Part shown: positions 40,857 through 51,014 of the stretch, in pieces
How the letters are laid out: every line of letters starts with the position of its first letter
Numbering within the stretch: position 1 is the stretch's first letter
Assembly (NCBI GenBank): GCA_018645005.1
Contig: JABGPJ010000066.1
Coordinates: 41,808 to 105,807, forward strand
Source: Deltaproteobacteria bacterium
GTDB taxonomy: Bacteria > SAR324 > XYD2-FULL-50-16
DNA: 64,000 bases
Reading direction: 5' to 3'
The notes under the pieces: generated by a model
What the model was told of the DNA's origin: nothing
The model's input: only the letters and a program-made list of their open reading frames with translations
Databases searched by the model: none
Program-made: the position numbers and the translations under genes

Positions 40857-40901
40857 AAACAATTCCGACTCGGATATTTAAACAATTCCGACTCGGATAT
40901 T
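40857..40901. repeat. Tandem 22-bp direct repeat with palindromic core
   Basis: AAACAATTCCGACTCGGATATT twice (40857-40878 and 40880-40901). The core CCGACTCGG is dyad-symmetric. A second tandem pair, GGAATTTTAAATTAC and GGAATTTTGAATTAC, lies at 40812-40844. Confidence 0.8.
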
Positions 40902-41316
40902 ATAGATACGGGAATGAGGTTAGTTCGGGATTAAAATCAAAATATAACAGTTGCCTAAAAAATATCAAAGTCTTTTTGAAAAATTAAATGATTTTCCGCT
41001 ACGCAAACATCCCAAATTGAAATTGAATTTCTCGGTTTCTGGAAATTTGCAAAAAAAGTGAACGCTCGTTCTAGGTCGCCGAAAAAGGAACTTTAGTTTT
41101 TTCCCGGTTATTGATGAATACTTGGATTTTGAATGTTTAACTCTGGACCGTTTGGTCGAAAACAAGGGATATTTATTGGGTAGGTTGCAGCTGTCGATAG
41201 GGTTGATGAGTGGACAGTCAAAAAAGTAAAAACGGTTCAGAATTATTACCGGTTTTTATTTTAAAGGAGTGCTGCAAACTGACTGAGTATAATGGAAAAT
41301 TGCGGAGCAAAACGGC

Positions 41317-42204
41317 GTGATCGAAAAACATTCCCAACCTCGGATAAATTGGTTTCCGGGGCATATGGCCAAAGCCTTGAAAGATGTCAGGCAAAAGATA
41401 AGCAAGGTTGATCTGGTACTGGAGGTCAGAGATGCCAGAATACCCCTGGCATCAGGCAATATTTCCCTGGAAAAAGCCTTGAACCAGAAGCCACGGTTGA
41501 TTGTTTTTAATAAGGCGAATTTGGCAGAAAAAGCAAATATCAAGCTATGGCGAAACTGGTTTGCCGAGCGGGATGACCGAATTCTCTTTCTTGATGCCTT
41601 TGATGCGAGATCACTGAAAATGTTATCGAAAATGGCCCGAGCGGTTATGCAACAAAAGTGGCAAAAATTTATTAAGAAAGGAATTCAGCCCCCCCCATTG
41701 CGGATGATGTTGCTGGGAATTCCAAATACCGGGAAATCCACAATCATCAACCGATTGACCAAAAGAAAAGCTGCCGGTACAGGCGACCGTCCTGGTGTGA
41801 CCCGTTCACAAGAGTGGATTGTTTTGGGCAGGGATTTAGAGTTGCTGGATACACCCGGAATAATGCCACCTAGAATTGACACCGAAGAGCAGGGTTTATG
41901 GCTCTGTGCGATTCATGCCATTAAAGATGAAATAGTTGGTAAGGAGAAGGTCGCCTCTTTTGTTGTCAAATATTTGCAGCAGATTGCGTCCCCTGATTTC
42001 ATAAATAAATATAGTTTACAAGATTCTGAAGTCATAGAGAGCGAAGAGCTGATAATGCAAATAGGATCAAAATTGAATTGCAGAAAAAAAGGGGGGGAAA
42101 TCGATTATGCAAAAACCTGTAGCCAGATATTGCATGACTTCAGGTCTGGGCTGCTGGGTGCCTGCAGTTTCGAAAAACCACCTAAGGAAAAAATTATTCC
42201 CTGA
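41317..42204 (+). CDS. rbgA: Ribosome biogenesis GTPase A (YlqF/RbgA)
   Basis: GTG start. INWFPGHMAKA start motif. Circularly permuted GTPase motifs (DARIP...NKADL, GIPNTGKST). Confidence 0.85.
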   Translation: MIEKHSQPRINWFPGHMAKALKDVRQKISKVDLVLEVRDARIPLASGNISLEKALNQKPRLIVFNKANLAEKANIKLWRNWFAERDDRILFLDAFDARSLKMLSKMARAVMQQKWQKFIKKGIQPPPLRMMLLGIPNTGKSTIINRLTKRKAAGTGDRPGVTRSQEWIVLGRDLELLDTPGIMPPRIDTEEQGLWLCAIHAIKDEIVGKEKVASFVVKYLQQIASPDFINKYSLQDSEVIESEELIMQIGSKLNCRKKGGEIDYAKTCSQILHDFRSGLLGACSFEKPPKEKIIP

Positions 42205-42205
42205 T

Positions 42206-42277
42206 TAATGTGCAGTGAATGGGTGGCCTTTCATAAAGCCGTATCTTGAATTAATGTGCAGTGAATCGGTGGCCTTT
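42206..42277. repeat. Two copies of a 27-bp direct repeat
   Basis: TTAATGTGCAGTGAAT(G/C)GGTGGCCTTT at 42206-42232 and 42251-42277. Located in the 176-bp gap upstream of the ykgJ-like gene. Confidence 0.8.
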
Positions 42278-42380
42278 GATGGCGTTCGGGGTCATATTGA
42301 AAAAACGAACACAACAGCGGTGAAAGAGCTGCGTTCATGTTGTTCCGATTATTTAAATCTTAATGTAGATAACATAGAAA

Positions 42381-43166
42381 ATGGAAAAAGATCAAAAAAA
42401 TCAAAACAAGCGCGAGCGTGGGGAATTTGATTTAAAACCCATTGCAGACGATGCGACCTTTCGCTTTTCCTGCCATCCCGGGATCTCATGTTTTAATGAA
42501 TGCTGCCATGAGATCGATGTGGTGTTGACACCTTTTGATGTATTGCGACTCAAGAAAAAACTGGGCATCCGCTCCGACGAATTTCTGGCTAAGTATACCG
42601 TACTTCAGTCTTTCGGAACCACCGAGGTCCCTTTGTTGAAACTGGCGGTGGCTGATGAAGAAACCCGTCAATGTGTTTTTCTAGGGGAAAAGGGCTGCTC
42701 GATCTATGACTCTCGGCCTACAGTCTGCCGGAACTATCCTACTGGTGTGGCCTCTCAGGATCCGACAGCCGGTCAAAGTGCTCAGCCTTATTTTATTATC
42801 GAAGAGGATATGTGCAAGGGGCATTTTGAAGGTCAGAACTGGTCCATCCCTGAGTGGAAAGCCAACCAGGGGGCTGCAGAACTGGATGAACTTAATAAAC
42901 CCTGGCTCGAAATGATCCCTAGGCTGAAGTCTTTGAGATTAAAAGATGATAAAGATCAAAAAATGAATATCTTTATCATGGTGAGTTTTGATCAGGATAC
43001 ATTTCGTAGTATGGTTTTTGAGAGTTCTTTTTTGGACCGTTTCGAAGTAAGCCAGGCTACTGCTGACCTGCTTAAAAACGATGAGGATGAGCTGTTGAAA
43101 TTCGGTTTTAAATGGTTGGAATTCATCCTCTTCGGCGAAGGCCCAATCAGGCCTAAAAAGCAGTGA
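42381..43166 (+). CDS. YkgJ/FliB-like putative zinc- or iron-chelating domain protein (CxxCxxCC)
   Basis: FSCHPGISCFNECCHEIDV cysteine cluster and a second Cys/His region (CVFLGEKGCSIYDSRPTVCRNYP) typical of the UPF0153/YkgJ family. Confidence 0.55.
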   Translation: MEKDQKNQNKRERGEFDLKPIADDATFRFSCHPGISCFNECCHEIDVVLTPFDVLRLKKKLGIRSDEFLAKYTVLQSFGTTEVPLLKLAVADEETRQCVFLGEKGCSIYDSRPTVCRNYPTGVASQDPTAGQSAQPYFIIEEDMCKGHFEGQNWSIPEWKANQGAAELDELNKPWLEMIPRLKSLRLKDDKDQKMNIFIMVSFDQDTFRSMVFESSFLDRFEVSQATADLLKNDEDELLKFGFKWLEFILFGEGPIRPKKQ

Positions 43167-43243
43167 TTAAGGGCATTCAAGAGGATTTAAGTAGATTAAC
43201 GGGATTTACATGAGAATCCTTGATTTATGTCACTCAAACCCGC

Positions 43244-43271
43244 TTGACATGTGCTTTTTCTTTAGTAAAAT
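43244..43271 (+). promoter_or_regulatory. Candidate sigma70-type promoter for the aprBA operon
   Basis: TTGACA at 43244-43249, a 16-bp spacer, then TAAAAT at 43266-43271, about 115 bp upstream of the aprB start. Confidence 0.4.
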
Positions 43272-43385
43272 GTGAATTGTTTTTTGTGGATCTAATGTTG
43301 GGTCCTTAAAAAAAGCAACATAATAATTTAGAAACGTTTTTATTAACCATATTTTGCAAAACGAGAACTCTTCTAGGAGACATAA

Positions 43386-43829
43386 ATGCCAAGTTTTGTG
43401 ATTACTGAGAAATGTGACGGTTGTAAAGGCCAGGACAAAACCGCTTGTATGTATATTTGTCCTCATGACCTGATGAAACTGGACATGGATTCAATGAAAG
43501 CATGGAACCAAGAACCGGTTCAGTGCTGGGAGTGCTATAACTGTGTAAAAATCTGCCCTCAACAGGCAATTGAAGTTAGATGTTATGCTGACTTTGCTCC
43601 ACTCGGGGCCGCATGTATCCCCATGAGAGGAACGGATACAATTATGTGGACCGTCAAGTTTCGCGATGGAATGATTAAAAGATTCAAGTTCCCGATCCGA
43701 ACTATCGAAGAAGGATCACTGTCAATTACTGATGGCGTGCAAGATGTCCAGGTTGACGTTAGCAAGATTAAAGAGCAGGGACTGTACACACAACAGGCTG
43801 CAGGCGTAACGTATCCCGTTCCGGCATAA
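43386..43829 (+). CDS. aprB: Adenylylsulfate (APS) reductase beta subunit
   Basis: MPSFVITEKCDGCKGQDKTACMYICPHDLM...CWECYNCVKICPQQAI...MWTVKFRDGMIKRFKFPIRT matches Desulfovibrio AprB almost motif for motif. Confidence 0.92.
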   Translation: MPSFVITEKCDGCKGQDKTACMYICPHDLMKLDMDSMKAWNQEPVQCWECYNCVKICPQQAIEVRCYADFAPLGAACIPMRGTDTIMWTVKFRDGMIKRFKFPIRTIEEGSLSITDGVQDVQVDVSKIKEQGLYTQQAAGVTYPVPA

Positions 43830-43899
43830 CTGTTGTTTTTGAATATTTTGATTTCACCGCTTATTTTACTCATTACAACCTTTTAGGAGTGTTAGCGTA

Positions 43900-45870
43900 A
43901 TGGAACCCAAAGTTAATAATTTTGAACATATTGAAAAGCCGGAGATCGTCGTCCATGAGACCGATCTTCTGTTGATCGGTGGTGGTATGGCAGCCTGTGG
44001 TACTGCATATGAAGCAGACAAATGGGCCAGCCCCCAGGGTATTAGAGTTACTATGGTTGATAAAGCAGCAGTTGATAGAAGTGGTGCTGTGGCCATGGGA
44101 CTTTCTGCAATCAATACGTATGTTGGCGAAAACAATGCTGCTGACTTCGTTAAGTACGTTCGACAGGACTTGATGGGTATTACCCGTGAAGACCTTGTTT
44201 ATGACCTGGCTCGCTGGGTTGATGATTCTGTTCATCTCTTTGAAGACTGGGGACTGCCCGTCTGGAAGAAAGGTGATGACAATGAATCTCTGGACGGACA
44301 TCAGGCTGCTAAAGCCGGCAAGCCTTCCCTGCGTGAAGGTGGAAAGCCAGTTCGTTCTGGTAAATGGCAGATCATGATCAACGGTGAATCCTACAAAGTG
44401 ATCGTTGGTGAAGCTGGAAAAGCTGGTCTGGAAGCAAACAGAGTTGCAACAGGTGTTGAGCAGAACCTTTTTGAGCGTGTTTTCATCATCAAAGTCCTGA
44501 ATGATAAAGATGATCCTACAAAAGTAGCTGGTGCAGTCGGTTTTAGCGTCAGGGAAAACAAGCTTTATATCTTTAAGTGCAAAACAGCACTTCTTGGCTG
44601 TGGTGGCTGTGTGAACTTCTTTAGAGGTCGTGCTACAGCTGAAGGTCAAGGTCGTGCATGGTTTCCTGTCTGGAACTCTGGCTCTAACTACGCCATGGGT
44701 GCTGAGGCTGGTGCTGAACTGGTCCTGATGGAAAATCGTTTCGTCCCTGCCCGTTTCAAGGATGGTTATGGTCCTGTAGGTGCTTGGTTTCTGCTTTTTA
44801 AAGCGAAGGCTACCAACGCACTGGGCGAAGATTACTGCGTGACAAACGCTGATGAAGCCAGAAAGTATTACGGCAAATATGTTGATGCGATCGGTACCTG
44901 TATGCGGAACCACATGATGATCATCGACATGAAAGCTGGTAAAGGTCCAATCAAGATTCATACTGATGTTGCTCTGCAAACACTGGGTGAAACTCTGGAC
45001 AAAAAAGCCATGAAGCATCTGGAAGCAGAAGCTTGGGAAGATTTCCTGGATATGTCAATATCTCAGGCTGGTGTATGGGCTGCTAACAACATGGCGCCTG
45101 AAAAAGTACCGTCTGAATTGATGCCTTCTGAGCCTTATATGTTGGGTTCACACGCTGGTTGCGCTGGCCTTTGGGTTAGTGGCCCTGGCGATTTCGGTCC
45201 TGCGGATTATTTCTGGGGATACAACAGAATGACCACCGTTAAAGGTCTGTTTACAGCTGGTGACGGTGCTGGTGCTTCCGGTCACAAGTTCTCTTCCGGT
45301 TCGCATGCTGAAGGTCGTGTAGCTGGAAAATCCATGGTTGCTTACTGCATGGATAATCCTGATATGCCTGCTTTCGCTGAAACAGAAGACGAATTGGCTG
45401 CTGAAGTATTCTTGCCAATGGAAACCTATGCCAAGTTCAGTGGTTATACCACTGATCCTGACATCAACCCCGAGTACATCCGTCCGGTTATGGTGCAGCA
45501 ACGTCTGCAGAAGATCATGGACGAGTATGTGGGTGGCACAAGTACTTACTACATGACCAGTGGAACCATGCTGACTGAAGGACTGAGCTACCTGGAAATG
45601 TTGAAAGAAGATGAAGTGCATATGGCTGCTGAGGATCTTCATGAACTGCTGAGAGCTTGGGAAAATCATCACAGAATTGTTGCTGCTGAAGCTCATGCAC
45701 AGCACATTCTGTTTAGAGAAGAAACTCGTTATCCTGGCTATTACTATCGTGGCGATTTTCTGGCTATTGATGATGAAAACTGGAAGTGTTTCACAAACTC
45801 AACCTATGATAAGAACACTAGAGAATTTAAAGTTTTCAAGCGTGATTATCATCAGATCATCCCTGAGTAA
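43900..45870 (+). CDS. aprA: Adenylylsulfate (APS) reductase alpha subunit
   Basis: FAD-binding LLLIGGGMAACG. Length 656 aa. Global similarity to AprA, including the C-terminal RYPGYYYR region. Immediately follows aprB. Confidence 0.95.
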   Translation: MEPKVNNFEHIEKPEIVVHETDLLLIGGGMAACGTAYEADKWASPQGIRVTMVDKAAVDRSGAVAMGLSAINTYVGENNAADFVKYVRQDLMGITREDLVYDLARWVDDSVHLFEDWGLPVWKKGDDNESLDGHQAAKAGKPSLREGGKPVRSGKWQIMINGESYKVIVGEAGKAGLEANRVATGVEQNLFERVFIIKVLNDKDDPTKVAGAVGFSVRENKLYIFKCKTALLGCGGCVNFFRGRATAEGQGRAWFPVWNSGSNYAMGAEAGAELVLMENRFVPARFKDGYGPVGAWFLLFKAKATNALGEDYCVTNADEARKYYGKYVDAIGTCMRNHMMIIDMKAGKGPIKIHTDVALQTLGETLDKKAMKHLEAEAWEDFLDMSISQAGVWAANNMAPEKVPSELMPSEPYMLGSHAGCAGLWVSGPGDFGPADYFWGYNRMTTVKGLFTAGDGAGASGHKFSSGSHAEGRVAGKSMVAYCMDNPDMPAFAETEDELAAEVFLPMETYAKFSGYTTDPDINPEYIRPVMVQQRLQKIMDEYVGGTSTYYMTSGTMLTEGLSYLEMLKEDEVHMAAEDLHELLRAWENHHRIVAAEAHAQHILFREETRYPGYYYRGDFLAIDDENWKCFTNSTYDKNTREFKVFKRDYHQIIPE

Positions 45871-45932
45871 TCCAGAGCCATCTGGTCTGGTATCTGCTGC
45901 GTAAGCTGCAGGTACCAGTTGTGTGAAAGACG

Positions 45933-45980
45933 ACAGAGTGGTGTCTTAGGAAAAACTTCGATGCCACTCTGTTTTTTTTA
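45933..45980 (+). terminator. Rho-independent terminator-like hairpin after aprA
   Basis: Stem ACAGAGTGG...CCACTCTGT followed by TTTTTTTT at 45972-45979. Read-through into qmoABC remains possible. Confidence 0.5.
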
Positions 45981-46119
45981 ATGTATGAGACGATCACCTC
46001 ATCAGATTCAATCCGGAAGTAAATATTTTAGTTCCAAACCGGTAAGACAGGTTTTAACACACAAAGCGAAAGAATTATTCACAATATTTAACTATCCGAT
46101 CCAACTACAAGGGAATTGA

Positions 46120-47373
46120 ATGGCAGAACAAAAAGGAAAGATATTAGTAATCGGTGGTGGAATCAGTGGTGTTTCTACAGCACTGGAAGCAGCCGAGGTC
46201 GGTTATGACGTAATTCTGGTTGAAAAAAATCCTTCCCTAGGAGGTCGAGTTTCCAGGTTTTATCAATATTTCCCAAAACTATGCCCTCCCCTTTGCGGAC
46301 TGGAAATCAACTACAAAAGACTGAAGCCGAACCCATATATACAAACACTCACAAACTCAGAAGTCGAGTCGATTTCCGGAGAACCTGGGAAATATCAGGT
46401 TAAAATCACGACAAATCCAACTTTCGTGAATGAGAAATGCGTCATTTGCGATAAATGTACGGAAGTTTGTCCATCGGAAAGAGAAAGTGAGCACAATTAC
46501 GGTTTGGATAAAACCAAAGCGATTTTTATACCGCATAAGATGGCCTATCCAGCTCGATTTACTATCGATAGGGACGCCTGCGATCCGTCATGCTCAAAAT
46601 GTGTTGAAGCATGCGAATACGATGCAATTGATCTGCAGATGCAACCCAAAACAACCGATATCGAAGTGGCAGCTATCGTTTATGCAACTGGATGGAAACC
46701 TTACGATGCCAATAAAATTGACAATCTTGGATTCGGGAAAGTTGAAAATGTGATCAACAACGTGATGATGGAGCGGATCGCTCATGGTCAAGGCCCCACT
46801 CAAGGCCAACTCCTGCGTCCGTCGGATCAGAAAAAAGCGGATTCGATCGCTTTCGTACAGTGTGCCGGGTCCAGGGATGAAAATCACCTGCCCTATTGTT
46901 CCGCTGTTTGCTGCCTGGCCTCATTGAAACAGGCCCGCTACGCAAGACTGGCGAATCCGGATGCAAAAATTTATATTTTCTACATTGATATTCGCTCACC
47001 TGGTAAATACGAAGATTTTGCGACTGAAATTCAAAAGGATGAGAACATCATCATGGTCAAAGGGAAAGTTGCCAAAGTGACCCAGGGCCAGGGCGGGAAT
47101 GTTGTTGTAGAAGCGGAAGATATCCTGAACGGCGGAAAAGTCAGCCTGGAAGTGGATATGGTTGTTTTGGCAACTGGAATGGAGTCCAGCATGAAGGGGG
47201 CAAATTTGCCGGATGTGGTTCAACTGGATGAAAACGGTTTTGTTGCACCAAATTTACAAAATCACGGGATCCTGTCCGCAGGAGTGGCAAAATTCCCAGG
47301 CGATGTTAACAGTTCTATTCAAGATTCAACCGGAGCAGCTTTAAAAGCGATTCAAACTGTAGTGGGGAATTAA
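46120..47373 (+). CDS. qmoA: Quinone-interacting membrane-bound oxidoreductase subunit A (HdrA-like flavoprotein)
   Basis: ILVIGGGISGVSTALEAAEVGYDVILVEK FAD motif and HdrA-like Cys clusters. Directly downstream of aprBA. Confidence 0.9.
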   Translation: MAEQKGKILVIGGGISGVSTALEAAEVGYDVILVEKNPSLGGRVSRFYQYFPKLCPPLCGLEINYKRLKPNPYIQTLTNSEVESISGEPGKYQVKITTNPTFVNEKCVICDKCTEVCPSERESEHNYGLDKTKAIFIPHKMAYPARFTIDRDACDPSCSKCVEACEYDAIDLQMQPKTTDIEVAAIVYATGWKPYDANKIDNLGFGKVENVINNVMMERIAHGQGPTQGQLLRPSDQKKADSIAFVQCAGSRDENHLPYCSAVCCLASLKQARYARLANPDAKIYIFYIDIRSPGKYEDFATEIQKDENIIMVKGKVAKVTQGQGGNVVVEAEDILNGGKVSLEVDMVVLATGMESSMKGANLPDVVQLDENGFVAPNLQNHGILSAGVAKFPGDVNSSIQDSTGAALKAIQTVVGN

Positions 47374-47377
47374 AAAT

Positions 47378-49534
47378 ATGGAAAAAAAGATAGGAGTTTA
47401 TATTTGTTCTGGATGCGATATTGATAAAGCGGTAGAGACAGAAGGACTGGAAAAAGTGGCGGCCAATGAATACAAGGTCCCGGTTTGTAAAACCCATCCT
47501 TTTCTGTGCAGCCAAGAAGGAATTCAGCTTTTAAAAGACGACCAGAAAAACGAAGGTGTTAATTGTTTTGTGATTGCTGCCTGCTCATCCCGATATCATC
47601 AGAACGATTTTGATATGGGCAAGGAATCTATAATAGTCAGAACCCCCATTCGTGAACAGGTTGCCTGGATTCTGGAGCCGCGGGATGCGGAAGGCAAAGT
47701 TAACGAAGATACACAGATGGCCGCGGAAGATTACATACGCATGTACACTTCCAGAGTCCGTTTGACCAATATCCCGGAACCGTATCAGCAGGAAGAAACA
47801 GATAAGAGTCTGATCGTTATCGGCGGAGGGGTTGCCGGGATGACTGCCTCTATCGAAGCGGCTAAAGCCGGGTATAAAATTAACCTGATTGAGAAGTCCA
47901 ACCAACTGGGTGGATTTGCTTTAAATGACAAAAGCATTATTCCGACACAGATGCCTTTTGAAGATCTGATGCCGAATAATGTGAGCGAATTGATTGCTGA
48001 AACAGAAGCTATCAAAAATATCACTGTGCACAAGTCCAGCACAGTTGCATCTATTGCGGGGGAACCCGGTGCGTTTCAAGTAAAACTGGAAAATGCTGCA
48101 GCAACTGAGTTTAAAGCGGGCGCTGTTGTGATGGCTTCTGGAGCAACACCCTATGATGCGAGTAAATTAACAGATCTGGGTATTGCTTTTGACAATGTTG
48201 TCAGCAGCATCGAATTTGAGGAGATGGCAAAATCGGGTGCCTTGAAAAGAGCGGATGGACAGCCGGTGAAAAGTGTGGCTTTTATCCAATGCGCTGGGTC
48301 CAGGGATGAAGACCATCTGCCTTACTGTTCTTCTACCTGCTGCATGACATCCTTGAAACAGGCGGCCTATGTCAGGGAACTGGATAGTGAAGCCAAAGCA
48401 TATATTATATATAAGGACATGCGTACGCCAGGTCAGTATGAGGCTTTCTATCGTAAACAGCAGGACGACCCTGGTGTTTTCATGACGAAGGGAAAGGTTG
48501 TGGCAGTCAATGAACTGTCTGACAAAAAAGTAGGCATTGATGTCGATGAGTCACTATTGGGCGAAAATATTCAGCTGCAGGCTGATCTGGTGGTGCTCGC
48601 TATCGGCCAGGTGCCTTCTACTCTGGAAGAGGGTTCAATCCTGAACCTGCAGTATCGACAGGGACCGGATATGCCGGACTTGAAGTATGGATATCCAGAC
48701 TCCCATTTTGTCTGTTTTCCGTATGAAACTAGAAGAACTGGAATTTATGCTGCAGGAACGGTCCGACAACCAATGGATAATAATTTCGCTGTCAGGGATG
48801 CTACAGGTGCGGCTCTAAAGGCGATACAGGCGGTTGAAATGGCCGATCTCGGTCAACGGATGCACCCCAGATCAGGCGATTTGACTTTTATGTCACCGGA
48901 TCTTTCTCGCTGTACAGACTGTAAGCGATGTACAGAAGAGTGCCCTTTCGGGGCCATTGATGAAAATGAAAAAGGGACCCCTCTGCCAAACTCGGCTCGT
49001 TGTCGAAGTTGTGGTATTTGTATGGGAGCCTGTCCTGAGAGAGTGATCTCATTTGCAGACTATAGTGTTTCGATTCTGTCTGAAATGATCAAAAATATCG
49101 AAATTCCCGATGAAGATGACGAAAAACCAAGAGTGGTTGTTTTCATCTGTGAAAATGATGCGATGCCGGCACTTGAGCAAATGGCCATGGATCGACAAAA
49201 AATCAGTCCGTTTGTTCGGTTTATTCCATTGAGATGTCTGGGTGGTAATAACCTGGTCTTCGTATCGGATGCCCTGTCTGTTGGCGTTGACGGTATGATG
49301 TATATGGGCTGCAAGCATGGTGATGATTATCAGTGCCACTTCATCAAGGGTAGTGAATTGTGTGACGAGCGGCTGGGCAAGGTTCAAGAAACCATCGGTA
49401 GACTCGCGCTGGAATCGGAAAGGATTCAGCAGTTCGAAATCAGCTTGAATGATGCACCAAAGCTGCCTCAAATAATCGCTGATTTTATGGAAGAGCTGGA
49501 AGATTACGGCCCCAATCCGTTTAAGGGTATGTAA
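47378..49534 (+). CDS. qmoB: Quinone-interacting membrane-bound oxidoreductase subunit B (HdrA-like with MvhD-like C-terminus)
   Basis: 718-aa protein. Second FAD motif VIGGGVAGMTASIEAAKAGY. Ferredoxin-type CxxCxxCxxxCP motifs. C-terminal Cys-rich MvhD-like region. Confidence 0.9.
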   Translation: MEKKIGVYICSGCDIDKAVETEGLEKVAANEYKVPVCKTHPFLCSQEGIQLLKDDQKNEGVNCFVIAACSSRYHQNDFDMGKESIIVRTPIREQVAWILEPRDAEGKVNEDTQMAAEDYIRMYTSRVRLTNIPEPYQQEETDKSLIVIGGGVAGMTASIEAAKAGYKINLIEKSNQLGGFALNDKSIIPTQMPFEDLMPNNVSELIAETEAIKNITVHKSSTVASIAGEPGAFQVKLENAAATEFKAGAVVMASGATPYDASKLTDLGIAFDNVVSSIEFEEMAKSGALKRADGQPVKSVAFIQCAGSRDEDHLPYCSSTCCMTSLKQAAYVRELDSEAKAYIIYKDMRTPGQYEAFYRKQQDDPGVFMTKGKVVAVNELSDKKVGIDVDESLLGENIQLQADLVVLAIGQVPSTLEEGSILNLQYRQGPDMPDLKYGYPDSHFVCFPYETRRTGIYAAGTVRQPMDNNFAVRDATGAALKAIQAVEMADLGQRMHPRSGDLTFMSPDLSRCTDCKRCTEECPFGAIDENEKGTPLPNSARCRSCGICMGACPERVISFADYSVSILSEMIKNIEIPDEDDEKPRVVVFICENDAMPALEQMAMDRQKISPFVRFIPLRCLGGNNLVFVSDALSVGVDGMMYMGCKHGDDYQCHFIKGSELCDERLGKVQETIGRLALESERIQQFEISLNDAPKLPQIIADFMEELEDYGPNPFKGM

Positions 49535-49705
49535 CCCGTGAACATTTTGAATTTTTGATTGAACATTCACTGTCATTTTGACCAATTCCAGTTTGTGTCA
49601 AAATGACATCTGTTATCTGACAATCTGTGGAACGTTAGTGATTTATTGGATAGTGTCTATATCCTGAGAAGATTGTCGAATACCAAATAATTGGAGGTTT
49701 TTCGA

Positions 49706-50914
49706 ATGTCAGACCGAGTATTAATCAATGCGGATTTGAAGTTTGTAGAGGGAGTAATGAAAGCAGGTGGGGAAGACCTGAATAAATGCTATCAATGCTC
49801 AACCTGCACGGTCGTTTGCCCACTTACTCCTGAAGGGGCTCCGTTCCCCAGAAAAGAGATGATAGCCGCACAGTGGGGTATCAAAGACAAACTGATCAAA
49901 AGTATGGACCCCTGGCTGTGCTTCCACTGTAATGACTGTTCAGAGCAGTGTCCGAGAGGAGCTAAACCAGGTGACGTGATGGCTGCGATTCGCAACATGA
50001 TTATTGCAAATGTAGCGGTTCCGTCCTTTCTGGGCAAATTAACCCAATCTGCCGGTGGCGCACTGGGACTGTTACTGTTCCCGATCATCCTGATTGCCGC
50101 TGTGATTTTTATGGTTAATGGTGGGGAAATGGCGTTTTTGGATAATCCGGTAATCGATTTTCACAAAAATATGATTTCTCAACTGGCCATTGAAATGATT
50201 TATATTCCGGCACTATTCTTTGGAATAATTACGGGTCTGTTAGGGGTCAAAAATTTGATAGCGGGCTTAAGCGAAACCTATCCTAAGACTGATAAAGGGG
50301 AAGCCCTGGTACCTGCCATCATCGGAACGGTGAAAGATATTCTGAGCCATAAAAAATTCAGGGAATGTGGGGTGAACCAGAGTCGGAATATTGCGCATAT
50401 GTTTCTGTTTTATGCTTTTATCGGCCTGGCGATCACGACCGCAGGTGTAACCGGGATTTATTATATCAACCTGTTTGCCGGCTCCAATGTTGTGACGCCG
50501 ACGCCACTGCCGTTCTTTCATCCCATCAAAATCATTGGTAACGTCAGTGCTCTGGCAGCTTCAATTGGTATCCTGTTGATTGTTTACAGAAGATTGACCG
50601 CCGAAAACGTCGGGAATACGGTTGCGTTTGACTGGATTTTCATCGTGAACATTCTGCTAATTGTAGCAACGGGTATCTTGGCACAAACAGTTCGGGTGGC
50701 TGGAAGTCAGGCTTCATACTTCATCTATTATTGCCATCTGGTTTTAGTTTTCTATCTCTTCATGTATATGCCACACTCGAAGTTCGGTCATATGTTTTAT
50801 CGAACTGCCGCTTTGGTCTATTCACGCTACTCAGGTCGTGAGAAAAGTATCGGGATGACTTTTCTGGAAGGGAAACAACAAGAACAACTTGAAGAATCAG
50901 ACAAAGTTGCATAA
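49706..50914 (+). CDS. qmoC: Quinone-interacting membrane-bound oxidoreductase subunit C (ferredoxin domain plus membrane heme b domain)
   Basis: N-terminal CYQCSTCTVVCP and CFHCNDCSEQCP iron-sulfur motifs, then six predicted transmembrane helices. Start set to ATG 49706 because a GGAGG site sits 8 bp upstream; the ORF track TTG at 49691 overlaps that site. Confidence 0.85.
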   Translation: MSDRVLINADLKFVEGVMKAGGEDLNKCYQCSTCTVVCPLTPEGAPFPRKEMIAAQWGIKDKLIKSMDPWLCFHCNDCSEQCPRGAKPGDVMAAIRNMIIANVAVPSFLGKLTQSAGGALGLLLFPIILIAAVIFMVNGGEMAFLDNPVIDFHKNMISQLAIEMIYIPALFFGIITGLLGVKNLIAGLSETYPKTDKGEALVPAIIGTVKDILSHKKFRECGVNQSRNIAHMFLFYAFIGLAITTAGVTGIYYINLFAGSNVVTPTPLPFFHPIKIIGNVSALAASIGILLIVYRRLTAENVGNTVAFDWIFIVNILLIVATGILAQTVRVAGSQASYFIYYCHLVLVFYLFMYMPHSKFGHMFYRTAALVYSRYSGREKSIGMTFLEGKQQEQLEESDKVA

Positions 50915-51014
50915 CAGTTTGCAGGTTTTGTAGTCTTTGTTGATCAATCTGTCACATCTGCCGCGATTCCTTTCGCGATAGATTTTTTTGAATAAAAACT
51001 GGGAGATACAGAAT

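Noticed and set aside
40812-40901. Possible CRISPR array suggested by short direct repeats.
   Set aside because: Only two copies of each repeat, adjacent without spacers of CRISPR size, and no cas genes in the window.
40728-41165. Two small ORFs (68 aa on the + strand, 66 aa on the - strand) in the crp/rbgA intergenic region.
   Set aside because: Low-complexity translations. They overlap the tandem DNA repeats and have no ribosome-binding site context. The region is better explained as regulatory or non-coding.
42215-42430. 71-aa ORF spanning the 27-bp direct repeats upstream of the ykgJ-like gene.
   Set aside because: Its sequence is generated by the duplicated DNA repeat. It overlaps the downstream gene start and has no features.
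43873-45018. 381-aa ORF on the minus strand lying entirely inside aprA.
   Set aside because: It is antisense to a confidently identified, highly conserved aprA. Long antisense ORFs are expected by chance in a GC-balanced highly expressed gene. No recognisable protein features.
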